Shown here piece after piece: positions 46,701-60,717 of a DNA stretch of 64,000 nt; position 1 is the stretch's first letter; every line of letters starts with the position of its first letter. A program made the translations under genes and the position numbers. A model generated the notes under the pieces. That model was not told the origin of the DNA. It did not search any database and saw only the letters and a list, made by a program, of their open reading frames with translations. Source of the stretch: Haliotis cracherodii. Lineage: Eukaryota. Where the stretch lies: assembly GCF_022045235.1 (NCBI RefSeq), contig NW_027266267.1:2232001-2296000 (forward strand), written 5' to 3'.

Positions 46701-48727
46701 GATAGGGATTGGAATGGAGATAGGGATGGAGATGGAGATGGTGATGGAGATGGGGATATTGATAGGTATGGAGATAGGGATAGAAATGGAGATGGGGATA
46801 GGGATGGAGATCGGGGTAGGGATAGGAATGGAGATGGGGATAGGGATCGGGATCGGGATCGGGATTGGGATAGTGATAGCGATGGGGATAGGGGTAGGGA
46901 TGGGGAAAGGGATGGTAATGGGGATAGGAATGGTGATGGGGATAGGGATGGAGATAAGGATATGGATAGGGATGGGGATGGAGATGGGGATAGGGATATG
47001 GATAGGGATAAGGATGGGGGTGGAGATGGGGATAGGAATGGAGATAGGAATAGGGAGGGAGATTGGGATGGGGATAGGGATGGAGATGGAGATGGGGATG
47101 GGATAGGGATGGGGACGGGTATGGGGATGGGGATGGGACAGGGATTGGGATGGGGATAGGGATTGGGATAGGGATGGGGACGGGGATAGGGAGGGGGATG
47201 GTGATAGAGATGGGGATAGGGATTGGAATGGTAATGGGGATAGGGATAGATATGGGGATAGGGATTGGGATTGGGATGGGGATGGGGATTGGGATACAGA
47301 TGGGGATAGTGATACAGATGGGGAAAGGGATGAGGATGGGGATAGGAATGGTGATTGGGATAGGGATAGGGATAGGGATAGAGATGGGGATAGGGATGGG
47401 GATGGGGATAGCGATGGTGATGGGGATAGGGATATGAATGGTGATTGTGATGGGGATGGGGATAGAGATGGGGATGGGGATAGGGATTAGGATGGGGATG
47501 GAGATGGGATAGGAGGGGACGGGGATTGAGATGGGGATGGGGATGGAGATGGGGATAGGGATAAGGAAAGGGATAGGGATGGGGATTGGGATAGCGATGG
47601 TGATGGGGATAGGGATTGTGATGGGGATAGAGATGGAGATGGTTAAAGGGATGGGGATTGGGATGGAGATGGGATAGGAGGGGACGGGGATTGAGATGGG
47701 GATGGGGATGGAGATGGGTATAGGGATAGGGATAGGGATAGGGAAAGGGATAGGGATAGGGATGGGGATTGGGATATAGATGTGATGGGGATAGGGATTG
47801 GGATGGGGATGGGGATTCGGATGGGGATGGGGATGGTGATGGGGATAGGGATGGGGATGGGGATGGTGATAGGGATTGGATAGAGATGGGAATAGTGATT
47901 GGTATGGGAACGGGATAGGGATATGAATGGTGATTGTGATGGGGATGGGGATAGGGATGGAGATGGTTATAGGGATGGGGATTGGGATGGAGATGGGATA
48001 GGAGGGGACGGGTATTGAAATGGCGATGGGGATGGAGATGGGGATAGGGATAGGGATAGGGATAGGGATAGCGATGGGGATGGGGTCGGCGACGGTGACG
48101 GGGATGGGTATAGGGATGTGGCTGGGGCTTGGGATTGGGATGGAGATGGGGAAAGAGATGGGGATTGGGATATGGGTGGGGATTGGAATGGAGATGGGGA
48201 TAGGGAGGGGGGCGGTGAAGTGGATGGGCATGGGGATAATGATTGGGATGGGGATGGGGATAGTGATTGGGATGGGGATGGGGATAGGGATGGGGATTGC
48301 AATGGATATGGGGGTAGGGGTTGGGATGGGGATGCAGATGGGATAGGGACGGGGACGGGGGCTAGGACGCTTGGGCTAGGAATATGGATAGGGACAAGGA
48401 GAGAGATAGGGACACGGATATGGTTAGGTATAAAAATATAGGTAGAGACAGGGATAGGGATAGGGATATAGTTACGTTTAGGGATACGAATATGGATAGG
48501 GATAGGGATAAGAATAATGATAGGATTAGGAAAAGGGATAGGGATAGGAATGGGGACAGGCACAAGACAGGGACAGGGACAGGGATAGGAAAAGGAAAAG
48601 GAAAAGGAATAGGCATTGGGATAGGGATCGGGTTAGGGTTACGGATAGGGATAGGGACAAGGATAGTGACAGGGACAAGAATACGAATAGGGATAGGGAT
48701 AGGGTTAAGAATAGGGATAGGAATATA
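43715..48727. repeat. 5-kb degenerate (GGGATG/GGGATA)n simple-repeat array
   Basis: Continuous purine-rich hexamer array with extreme G-strand skew. Confidence 0.97.
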
Positions 48728-49901
48728 GACTTGAACTGATATAGTCAATACAGGGGTCGCTTCACGCTAGATATTATAACCCCCTTTGGCCCTCCTACAT
48801 CTCTATCAACAAGATGAACACCCACAACCTAATAGTGAGGGATACGTGAGCCAACAATTGGGCAAAATATGGCTCTAGTATTGTATTGGTAAATAATGAA
48901 TGGGGCTTCTGTGCAAGGTGTTTGACAGGTGACTCGAGAACTCTGTACTTCTATTGAACATATTTGACTTCTATGTTAGGTAAGTTTGTACTGACAGGTT
49001 ACTCAATTACTTTATTATTATTGAACGTACGTGCCTCTCTGTCAGATGCATTCGTGAAGATAATGTCTATTCCCTTTGCATAACAATGAAAGAAACATAG
49101 TTCATTCATAAACTTACCTCCTAAATTCCCTTGCTTTATCGATACTTCACGACCAAGAACACTGTCAGTGTAGTCTGTCCTCCAACGCCCTGCGCCGTAC
49201 ACTGAGCCAGGCACACCTTACTTACTTACTTATATTGGAGATTTAACGTGCGCTTTCCGACTGCAAGCGTATGTCGCACACGGACAGGCACACCTCTTCG
49301 TCCCCGTTTATAAACACTGAGGAAACATAGGGAATCCAATCAACGTGAACTGATTACGGCCTCCAATCCCTACAATCAAACGTTCTAGATATTGGTTGGA
49401 AATCCACCTCGTGATATATTGTCTACTCGTCTAGTGCACGCTGACAGGATGTGCACAGGTGCGTCCAATGACAACATCCCGTGATTGGACATTTGAATAA
49501 ATACTGCCTCATTATGGATCTTGGTTTGTCAGCACAACATCCATGCCCTTTGGTCTCAGATTGTCTCGCGTGTTGAGTCACAATTAACATGCAAAGTCAG
49601 TTGAGGAGCTCATATATATATTTATAGATTTCAGAGTGCGTGGTATGCCGTGTGTGACGTTAGGCAATATACAAACATTGACATGTTTTATGCAAGTTCT
49701 GTGAGTGTCGGGTGTGATTTAAACATATTTTATTCAGATTGAAATGGATTGGGAACAAGTTATCCAACTTAGGACTCCCTCTCCATGGTATTTACAAAGC
49801 TTGTACAGTAAATCATATACAAGAAAAACAGAAAAGAAGATGAGTGTAAAGATAACAAGAAATGTACAAAAGAGAGAGACTAGTATATGTACATTAAAGT
49901 G

Positions 49902-52900
49902 TTACCCAAATCTCTTTGTATGACTTATAAACATTTGCACTGCTTTAAAGATGTGTTGATTTTCGATAATGGACAAACATTCATTTCCGTTTAACATCAA
50001 ATTTAAATCTAATTTAGCATTTTTGTTCACGGCGTTCTGTAAAATGTCCCGAATTATTATTAACATAGTTTTTCTTTGGTGGACGTACGATGGACACTTT
50101 AATAAATAATGATATGCGTTTTCACATGGATCACCACATTGACATGTTGGATCACATTTTACCTCTATTCTGTATAAATCATAATTTAACTGGCATTTCA
50201 TGTATCTTAATCTAGTATGATAAATATTCAACTTTCTAACACCATAGGAAAAATATGGAGGTGCAATGACTTGCTCTTTTCGTATGTATGTCTTGAATTG
50301 GGATCTAGATGTACAATTTCTACCTGCTGCAGGAATAGTGTTCCATAACCTTACAGTTGATGGAATAAAAGAACACGTTGAGTGTTTTAATCTATTATAT
50401 GGAATCTCAATATTGTCTGAATTTCTTAAATTATATGATATATTTGAACCTACAGTGGTTGGTACAATGTCTTTAAGGTAAGTTGGGGCAGTATTACTTT
50501 GTATTTTGTAGAACAAACATAGCTTGCGTTTCTTTCTTCGTTCTATTAACGTTTCCCATCCTGTTTCATAATACAGATGTGTGTGCGAAGTATACTTTGG
50601 GAGCCCAGTAACTACTCTGGCAGCTTCTAGTTGGAGATTTTCTAACTGAGTTGATAATTCTATATTACACCCATCCCACACTTCACACGCATATTCGAAA
50701 TGGGGTCTTATGAAGATTGTATATACTTTATTTAATGTATTTCTGTTCAATATGAATTTTAATTTTCTCATTGAATTTATCATTTTTGATGTTGACTTAA
50801 TTATGTTCTCTACGTGGCAGGACCATTTTCCGTTTGATGCAAACGTTATACCCAAATGTTTATGATTTTGAACATTCTTAACTTTACATTCATCAAAGTA
50901 CAAGGTAATGAGGTCTGATTTATCTTTTAAGGAAAATATAACCGCTTCTGTTTTATCTGGGTTGTATTTGATTAACCAGCGTTTTGCCCAGTTACACAGC
51001 TTGCTCAGATTTAAATTTAGAGTTGATTCAACAAGTTGATTGTCTGGTGAAGAAAAGCCGAGTGCTGTATCGTCAGCAAAGAGTCTTGTTATGCAATCTA
51101 ATTCATCAGCAATGTCGTTAACAAACACAATGAATAAAAAGGGACCTAACACCGACCCCTGTGGAACGCCAGCCTTCAAAATCCTTGGCTTGGATAGGGC
51201 CCCGCTTACAAACACTGATTGAGTACGATTGCTTATGTAACTGGACAGCCATTCAAGTAAATTCCCTTTTATACCATACATTTCTAATTTGTACATAAGC
51301 CCTCTATGCCAGACACGATCAAATGCTTTTGACACATCGCAAAAAACCATGCAATATTTTTCTCTATTATCTAAAGATATACAAATTTGATTATACAATT
51401 CAATTAATTGATGGACAGTGGAATGGCCTTTCTGAAAGCCCGACTGGTATTTAAATAACAATTTATTGTCATGAAAGTAGTTATAAAGATGCTTAAATAC
51501 AACTCTTTCAAATACTTTGCCAATACAACTAATGAGCGATATTGGTCTGTAATTTGTCACAACTGAATGATCTCCTTTCTTATACAATGGCATGACATGC
51601 GCTCTTTTCCATTCTGTTGGATATGCTTTTAAAGCCAATGAATGATTGAATAACATACATAAAACAATACTAATGCGGTTTACTGTTTTCTTTAATAGGT
51701 TGTTACTTATTCTGTCTGGACCAGATGCCTTGTTAATTTGAAGACATTTTATAACGTCAGATATTTCATTTTCTGAGACAGTTAATTTGTCAAAAATACT
51801 CTTAGTGCGTTGATTGAAATATGGTAATTCTTCCCGTTCTTCTGTTAGGGTAGATATGGATTGGAAATATTCATTTAATCTCTCTGATTTTTCTAAATCG
51901 GAAAATATAGTGGGACAGTCATCGGTATCTTGTTTCCTTAACGGGGGGATGCTCGTAGATGTTCCATTGTTTTTGACGACATATCTTACTAATTTCCAAT
52001 ATGATTGTTTATTTACTATATATAGTTCCGAAAGAAATTCATCGATGTTAGAATAGAACTTTTCTTTCGCATAACTTTTCATGTTGTTGACTTTATTGCG
52101 TTGTTTTTTGTATGCTATAATATCTGTCTCCTTATTACTCCTTTTTGATTTCTTTCGTAACCTATTACGTATCCTACACTCCTTTCTTAAATGTGAATCA
52201 AACCATGGTTTGTCATTTGGTCGAATAGTGACAATTTTAGATGGAATACATTGTGTTACAAAATCATTCAATCTTTCATACAACACTTCACACATATCAT
52301 CAACATTTGTACATTCATTAAATAATACAGACCAATTGGTAGTGTTTATGAGATCATTCAATTTAACAAAGTCACCTTTGTTATAACATAAAACCTTGCG
52401 TTTATAAGCTATCTTGGTGCATATTTGTGTGTCCATTTCCATATAAGTACCTCTGTGATCAGATATTGTACTATCGAAGTCGATCACACCACTGACCTTT
52501 ACATCAACATCTTCACTAACAATGATTGGATCTAAAAGTGTGCTAGATTTAGAAGTGACTCTGGTGGGCTCATCAATTACATTCCTTAAATTTTTTCTGT
52601 GTAAAATTTCGTTTATGTAATTTTTCCTGTTAGATAATAAATTTTCATTTAAATCACCGACAATCACCATTTTACTAGATATATCCAATGCATCCTCGAT
52701 AGAAGTATCTAACCGACTCCAAAACTGTATAGAATTGTGTTCTGGTCTGTAAACAGCACAGAGTAATAAGGCCCTTGAGGAAGAAATATTTTTATCCATA
52801 TACTTTCATCAGTAATATTTTCTAGTTCGTGCATTCTCTTGTATGTTAAACACTTAGTGATGTATATCATAACCCCTCCCCCAAAAGCATTTCTATCTTT

Positions 52901-53380
52901 CCGTAATGGATTATGAAATGATTGCCACTGTAAAGTTTCATTACCTACAGATTCATCCAGATGTGTTTCAGTGAAACAAACTACATCATATTCAGACAAA
53001 TATTCTGCAAGATACCTTTGCTTATTACGGACACTCCTGGTGTTTAAATGGAAGATCGACAATGAGTGGTCAAGATTAGTTACATCACCGGTCAGTGGGC
53101 CAGGATTAAGTTCAACGTCCCCTGCAAGCTGTATTAACAATAGGAGTACGAGAATTACATTTACATTGCCGAGATAAGCCTGCAGAACACAAAGGCACAA
53201 TCGAGTGTTACAAGCTTTAACTTCTAGTGATAAAATATAATGCATTATGTCCAGCTCGTTCAAAAGAAACTTTGTGATGGAAGATTTGCAGATAAACAAT
53301 TGACACAACCGGTTAGAAGACTTTACAACACAGTTGAACACCCCGATCGCAACGCGATACTGAGATATATCGTTACCCAT
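49902..53380 (-). pseudogene. LINE ORF2: 2A-like peptide, APE endonuclease and reverse transcriptase, one frameshift at ~52772
   Basis: GDVELNPGP; HLNTRS, FTETHL, GGGV, YRP, VGDLN, SDH; NYRPISL, DVSKAFD, GVPQGSVLGP, LFADD; C-terminal CQCG...HYLLKC. Confidence 0.95.
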
Positions 53381-53874
53381 ATGTCAGTTTTAGTCTGGGA
53401 ACAATCGTACTTTTCTTCTGGGTTAACGATCGGGGAATGTTAGGACGCTGTGACAATATGCTGAGTGAGGAATCTGCGTGTACATAGCATGGCAATACAA
53501 GAACGGATTGTATATATATTTGATTTTTCATTTTCTGGGAATATAAGAGGAGAGTGAGATTCAGGGATATGGATAAAACAGGAAGTGAATGGAAAGCTAA
53601 GGATAAGGTAAGACAATATACAGATAGTATGTACAACATGACTAACATTGTCAGCCCAGGCGAAGTAATGTATGTGTTGTGTTATCATAAATATACATAT
53701 ACAGTATATACTGTGTTTAATACTCACTAATACATTCCTTGGAGTAATAAAGAAATCCTTACACATACATCCTTTGAAATGGCACATATAAATCCACATA
53801 CACTTTCGTCCCTTGCGATATCACAAGTTTATTCTTGACACCTAATGTTTTTACACAAAGCAGTTTTTGCATCT

Positions 53875-54832
53875 TTAGTTCTTTTGGCGGTATCTGTCCA
53901 AATTAGCATCACGCTGTATGTGGCGGATCTTCCCTTCTGGTTGGTCTCTGGTGTAGATTCTCCCATCAAACGTCCATGTGCCATCAAACCTTCCTTGTTT
54001 CTTTAATTCTCTGGCAGATTTGTACAGCAAGCTCCTGCGTTGAGTTAGGTCCTCATTGATGTACACCGAATTCATCTGTCCTCGAAGTTTTCTTCTGTTC
54101 ATTATCACCTGGTTCCTGTCCCAGTAGCTCACAAATTTAACGATGATAGCCCTGTTTCGTCCTGGCATCTTCTTTCCCACCCGGTGGCACCTGTCTATGT
54201 CCTGGGCCGACATCTTGGGATGTACAATCTTCAGGATGTCTTGAATTGTTTCCTCGGGTACCTCGTCCACAGTTTCCTTTAAACCGGTGATCCTCACTGA
54301 GTTTCGACGACTGTATTGTTCCAGCTCATCTGTTTTTTTCTTCTAGTTCCTGTCTCAGGTCCTCTATCTCTTTCTGTAGGGGAGCTACAATATCTTTTAC
54401 AAGCCCACTTATCACTGCTGTCGCTACGGACGTAAACGACTCTCGGAACTTGTCCTGAAGTTCTGGCATCATAAGAGCGTTGATAAGTTTCGTCGTGATG
54501 ACGTCGTTTGACGCTTCGTTAATGAAGTTGAATAGCGAGGACGGGTAGGAGACGTTGAGGGACCTTTCTTGGGGTGGATCGTTTTCACTTGCCCCAGCTT
54601 GGGGTGTGTCCGCCATGTTGGTTTTGTCGGTTGTATTTGGTGTGCTGCTCATTCCCAACGTAAACACATCAGTCATGTTTAGTGTAGATTGGACCATCTG
54701 CTTCGGGGTCTTAGGTGGTATTGAGTCCGTTGGTGATCCTGATGGTTTCCGTTTTTCACTCACACTTCTGTATTGTCTGTGTTTTTGTTGACTTGCGTTT
54801 CCTCTCTCTCGGCCCTCTCGAGTCGACATCAT
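53875..54832 (-). pseudogene. LINE ORF1 (coiled-coil + RRM + CTD, L1-ORF1p-like), frameshift in an A-run at ~54335
   Basis: ELEQYSRRNSVRITGL, IDRCHRVG, IIVKF, YINEDLT, TWTFDG. Confidence 0.9.
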
Positions 54833-55529
54833 GGCTCAATTCTGTGATTGGGTCGAGAAATCTGCTCACAAGGTATCTCTGAAGTGTACTCTGATAGTAT
54901 TTGTACAATTAGAATGTGTAATTTACTTCAGATCGTCTTTGTGTCTTCATAATTTGCAACACAACAAGGAGCGATATCACATACGACCTCCGCCTGCCGC
55001 CATCTTGTATTCCCTTATCTTATGTCGGGTGTTTACTGGTGGGGCAAGACATTCTTCCCTTTTGGCAAACTTCTGGTGTTATCACTGAATTTCAGTGATC
55101 TATTCATATAAATTTCACCACTAATACCTCCTCCCATTACAATATGCATATGACGCCGGTACTCATTTGAAGACATAACAATTGAATTGTTTCACCATAT
55201 ATCAGACCTTATTGTATCACCTACGTAGAAGCCTACAACCCAGCTGATTGAGGTGGTTGGCTGTCCCATATTTTACCACTCTGCCATCTTCCTCTTGATC
55301 TAGATGTTTTTCTTAGCACATGAATTTATCTACAAGTATTCTTGAACAAGTTCATGAACTTACTTTATGAGCCTTTAATGAACAGTTCATGATTTGAAAT
55401 TTCACAGAGCCAGAACCCCACAATGCCATGCCAGGATTATTTCTGCTCACGAACATAACCTGCATACACATGTTTCATGCGCTAACATGGACGATGTCAC
55501 AGTCCAAGTGGAATGGTCACACCTAGACT

Positions 55530-56100
55530 GGCGTGTCTAGACCTGCTTCTGGAGCGGTAGCACGATCATGAAGACCCTCTTGATCAGCCATCAACTATGT
55601 CCAAGTTCCATCTGGGAGAGGAGAAGAACTTCCGACTTGGCACCATGGGGGCTACATGTGAGCATTGGCCTCTGTACTTCATCACCATGGCCGCTTTATA
55701 GGAACTCGCCCAGTTCTTAATCGACTTCCCAAAATGAGGTTTATCAATTGTACTGTGAGCTGTAATGGAAGCACAAGCCTAAGAATGTGCTATAGGCTTC
55801 GGACACGACAGACAATTCAGACGGAAAGTCATGCATCTGATATTTCCTCACTCACTCACGCCTAAGATTGAAGCACAATGCTTTTCAGGTCCCCGCCAGA
55901 CTTTATTGCCAAGAATTAGTCATCAGGCACAGACATTACACTATCGCCTGTGGATTATCCAGACAGACCATTGTGTCCTATCAGAGCTCTGAAATATTGC
56001 ATCACATCTAACCAAACTCACAGTAAACAACGCTTTATCTCTTGAAAGCCTTCATCAGAAAGGGATATAACAAAGGCTTCAGTGTCAGGATGGCTTAGAG
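55530..56100 (+). mobile_element. Decayed DIRS-type tyrosine recombinase remnant
   Basis: Fragments PDFIAKN, RPLCPIRALKY, ITKASVSGWL; an RT-like MPFGL..RV lies at ~49540, on the other side of the LINE. Confidence 0.55.
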
Positions 56101-56789
56101 GAGATCTATTTAATCCAACTTATTTAAACATTTCAATAATTGTACCAAGTACATATTTACACCTAAAAAGGTCGTATGTGATTTCCTTGTTATCTAACAC
56201 AATACCCCATGTCATGTAGATTAATGCAGTGTAAACAAAGGTGCGGCGAAAAGCCGGGATTTCGATATGCACACTAAAACGAAATTGTGGCATTAAATAT
56301 GCCCTTGGATATGTGCCGTATTTTGGTCAAAACAGGTGCGTGTTCAGTACTTGAAATAATTTCATGATGAAATTATTTCTCACAAGTATCCACCTTGATA
56401 ACAAATGGCATGACCCAGTGGAGGATTTTGCATACAAGCATCGGACCACTTCCTTGTCTGACGTCACGTTTTATTGAATTCAAAGAAACTGGTTTCAATA
56501 AAAGCGGAAAACATGTCACCAAATATGGCTGGCAGTTATGTTAAATTTATTGAGTATGTGAAACTTTGGAAACACATTTTAATGGCATAACTCTTTAAGG
56601 AATCTTTCAAAGTTGCCCGAAAACACTTAAGACACTGCTTTTTACTGTCTACAAACTGAACAATTAGGGGAATGATGTTGGATGATAGATGAAATCTCCC
56701 CCTCGTGTCTTTTGATATCATTAGTTTTTCCACTCTTATCAACTTGTGTTGATATGTTTGATATCAGGTGAGATTCTCTGTGTAGCAAC

Positions 56790-57139
56790 GACCGCCTGCG
56801 TGGTCTTGTGGTAGAGCGTCCGCCCGGAGAGCGGAAGGTCCGGTGTTCGATCCCCGGCCGTGTCATACCAAAAGACGTTAAAAAACTGTACTTGTTACCT
56901 TGTATGGCGCTCGGCAATATGGGGCTAAAACAAGGACTGGTCGGCTCGGAGTCAGTTTGCTGTGTCTGAGTGGGGTATTCACGTTAAACTGTGGCATGAT
57001 CGCAGTGGGCTGGCACTATAAATCGGCATCAGTCCCGACTAGTACAAGCCGTCACACACACAAACGTGAATGCACGTCGCTATGTAAGTGCAATAATCTT
57101 GGGCGCGACGTAGAAAAAAACAATTTCACCTCACCTCAC
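56790..57139 (+). mobile_element. tRNA-headed Meta-domain-type SINE (family C)
   Basis: Box A/B head (TGGTAGAGCG, GTTCGATCCC), GTCATACCAAAAGAC...AAGGACTGGTCGGCTCGGAGTCAG core, (CACCT)n tail, near-perfect flanking duplication CTCT(G/A)TGTAGCA. Confidence 0.85.
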
Positions 57140-60100
57140 CTCTATGTAGCAGCACTCTGTTTCCATATGCTCTAGTGAACCGATGATGTACATGCTCTTT
57201 AATATTGTATGAAGTCCGACAAGTAGTACCAGGGGTTACTGCATGGACAGGTGCGAGATGCATGTGCAATACGTCAGAGAGTGTTTGTGTATGAGGCAAT
57301 TTCAAATTCGTTTCCCTGTTTTGTTATAGCATAACTCATATAGTCTTATTTCCAAGGTCTATCAAAGTTCATTTAACATTTCGAAAGACATGATGTTGTC
57401 AATCTTTATAAAATTGTTTGTACTTTAAAAGTCATATTTTTTCAAATGTAATGTCCCAAGTTGACGATTAATAGCATTTTACAAGTTAAGAAAATCACAA
57501 ATTTTCGACACAAAATCCCAGAAATCGTTTCCTTTAAGTATTTCACAGTCTTCAGATGAAAATTAAAAAACATGATCTAACCTTGTTTTACTTTTTATTT
57601 CAGCAATATTTTATTACTCCCCTCCATCTCCACCCTCAAAATATAATTATTGTCCCTCAAACCTGACCTGTCCTGACCTCTACCCATGTGACAAAACGCT
57701 GTCATTGTCTTGTCACTCAACTAACTGTTTCTTATAGTTGTCTCTTTGTCTAGCCAATGACAGGGATGGTCAGCATATCTTTATTTATTTAGAGACACTG
57801 TCTCTCATCAATTGAGTATAAATACCATATTTTCTCGCGTATAATGACACAAAGTTGTGTGGAGCGGGGTGCGCATAATCCTTGTCATAATGAGCAAAGA
57901 CTGTGAGTTAATGACATCAGGAATACCATGTCAACAAATCTGAAGTACATAATTTTAATATCATGTCATGGTTATAAAGAAGTGCTCATTGTATAATCTA
58001 TGTAATCTATTTTGTTAAGATATTTAATTCAATGTTTAATACATTAATTTCGGTGAAATCATGCGGGAAATGATCGGCACATAACTCATCGTTATCTAAA
58101 GCAACCACGGTCAGATTAGCGCTATTGATGCCTTGAAACAAACCAGAGGTGACGGAGAAGGGATACACATATCATAAATGCCATATTTCTCCAAAAACAT
58201 CCAGCGGTGGAATGAGAGCAGAACCAAGTGCAAATAAATTATATATGTTCATCAAGACATCTGAAAGCTGGTTAACTATTATCAGGATTATGCAAAACGA
58301 TTTTGATGTGCTTCTCTTCTCCTCTTCTCCCTTGTCGAACATTGGCTCATTGGTCTAAACTGGTCATCGAAAACAAGATTCACCTTAATTGTTTATGTAG
58401 CAGGGAAAGAAGAATACAACAATTGTCGTGTCATTTCACTTAATTGTCAGAAAGCTGGGGCAGGTACTGTCCACACCAATAACATAAGCACACGCCATGT
58501 CCTTTGCGACAGTGTAATAGGATCTGCAGTTGGAAAAATTCAGAATGGTTAACCATTTCTTTCACCAAAACGTTCTCCAAAGAAATCCTAGGATATATTA
58601 TTTTGAATATTCAGAAGATGTATGTGGTGAATGCATGACACAAAATAAAGTGTAAATGTAACTGTAATATAGTTGTTTAGGACTTCATGATACTGTGTAT
58701 TGTGAAGTGGACCAATAAAGAGAGACGGTTACCCTACACTTGTCTTCCAAATTTATACGTTCAGGTTTGTTATCGTTGGAGGTTTTGAAAACCGTATTAT
58801 ATTTTTGCAAGCAATTATGACCAAAGTTAAAGGTAACTGAAACTGTACATTTATGTTGTTCTCAATAGCACACAGCAATTTGATTTTGAGCGAAATATGA
58901 TTTTCGGTGGCTATTTTTGGCATTCTGATAAGAAGCATGTGTTTTTGTCCTCCAAATTGAAAGACGTACAGTTTTTGTGTCACTCTGAGAGTATCAACAG
59001 GACATTCTCTTATCATTGCAATCACCGGCAAGGGAAATACCAAATTATCCTGAATATTTGTTTGCTGAAATATGGTAAGACTTTCCTCTTTCCTCATTGA
59101 CACATGGTCGACAAAGAGCAGCAACAACTTCCCCGAAGCAACAATTGACATTATGTTACGTTTGAATAAGATTTTGTGATAAGATTAGTATTCACAAACA
59201 ATAATCAATGTACAATGTTTTCCTTCTTTTTTCTTCCTCGTGTACAATCTAAATTGATATTAAAGGTCACTTTCAGTTACTGTTTGTGTTGAAAGGAGTA
59301 AAGTACGCCAAAAAGATTGTTGAATATTTTATTATTTCAGATCGATTAAGGTTGTTTTATCAAATTTCAAAATCCAAAATGGGATAGAATTTTAAACAAA
59401 TAAGACGGGAAGAGTCTCAATCGAAGAACAAAGTGAATGAATTAAGACGTAAATGGATAGTAAACCTAAAATCATTGTTTTTTAAAGGCTACTTGTTTGG
59501 AATTTGCTTTACAATGATTTTTTAAACTGATGGATTTTCAGTGAGTGGTGTTCTTGAAAAAGTTGAAAAACATGCTTCTGTTTTGACCTAGCACTTGTTC
59601 CATAAATGCATGTTTTGGGATGATTTGAATGTCTGTTTGTGCTTTAGCCATGTATGACGTTGAAAAGAATTGTATTTCCCACACACGTTGTTATTCAGAC
59701 TGTGGCGTCATAATCGTCATTTTGTTGTTAACATATTTATTTCATTGCTATGACAACGTCCGTTACAAAACAAAACTAATTGTCCTTAGATATTCTGTTT
59801 CAGAGGCAAATGAAATTATATATATCCTGCTAAACGTCTGTACCTGTATTTGACATAGCTGCAAGTGTACGACCTGTAGATTAGCGACCTAGATTTCACA
59901 ATGCAAATATTTCCTTGTGCAGTGAGTTATTGAAACCAGTAACTACAGTTATCCGATAATGTCGCGGTCTGTAGTTTCAAATCAAATGTCGACCCTGCAA
60001 TGGGACTCAACAAGGAAACATAATCTAACAAGCTAAGTTACATTTCACTATTACATAAATGGCTATTAGTGTCCATATTATTATTTTCGTTTCATATCAA

Positions 60101-60717
60101 TTGTTATGTTGTTTTCATCCCTTCATCAACGTATTGTCGCAAATAATTCTTCCATTCTTCAGGACATCGACAACAGAAGAACGGGGTTTATGTGTAATGG
60201 GTTGATGTGAGGTGGGTAAAATCACATTTCGAAATTGAGTATTGTCTGTCCTGAAAAAACGTTGAACAGTTGATTCTCTCCACATAGAAAAGCCCCACTT
60301 CCTCGTGGCCCGTAGGCTATTTAGCTGTTTATATCACTATCAACAACCCAGCCCTACACATGTAGCTGTGGGGAGCACTGACACCTACTGACTCACCAAC
60401 ACAACAATTGCATGGGAAGCCCTACAACAACCACGTCCTACACATGTAGCTGTGGGGAGCACTGACGTGTTAAGCTCGTTAATGAAATGGGTCGGTAATT
60501 TAGCTTGCTCAGGGGCAGAATGAAGCTCATGAAGAGAAAATACTTCATTATAATCTTACCCATTATCTGCATCAAAATTATTAGTATTCTTTTCCTGTTG
60601 TTTATGGTATTTTTTTGAATTGAGGAACATAGTTAGATGAAGAAGAATGTTTAGCTAAAGTTTCACAAAGTTTAATAGCAATATCTGATTCATCAGTTAA
60701 CAATTCATTCCCATTTT

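Larger units (their letters stand above)
49716..55022 (-). mobile_element. Full-length CR1/L2-group LINE with 10-bp TSD
   Basis: TGTCGGGTGT at 49706-49715 and 55023-55032; 5' UTR with AAGATGGCG, ORF1, ORF2 and AATAAA near the 3' end. Confidence 0.95.

Noticed and set aside
43690-48748. Long ORFs (up to 841 aa) of GM/GI, DG/DR, IP, HP and SP dipeptides, superficially like shell-matrix proteins
   Set aside because: Open in several frames on both strands simply because the hexamer repeat has few stops; frequent frame shifts, no signal peptide or unique domain.
58100-59151. Possible decayed DNA transposase (132-aa ORF and neighbours)
   Set aside because: No catalytic motif or TIR pair could be identified with confidence.
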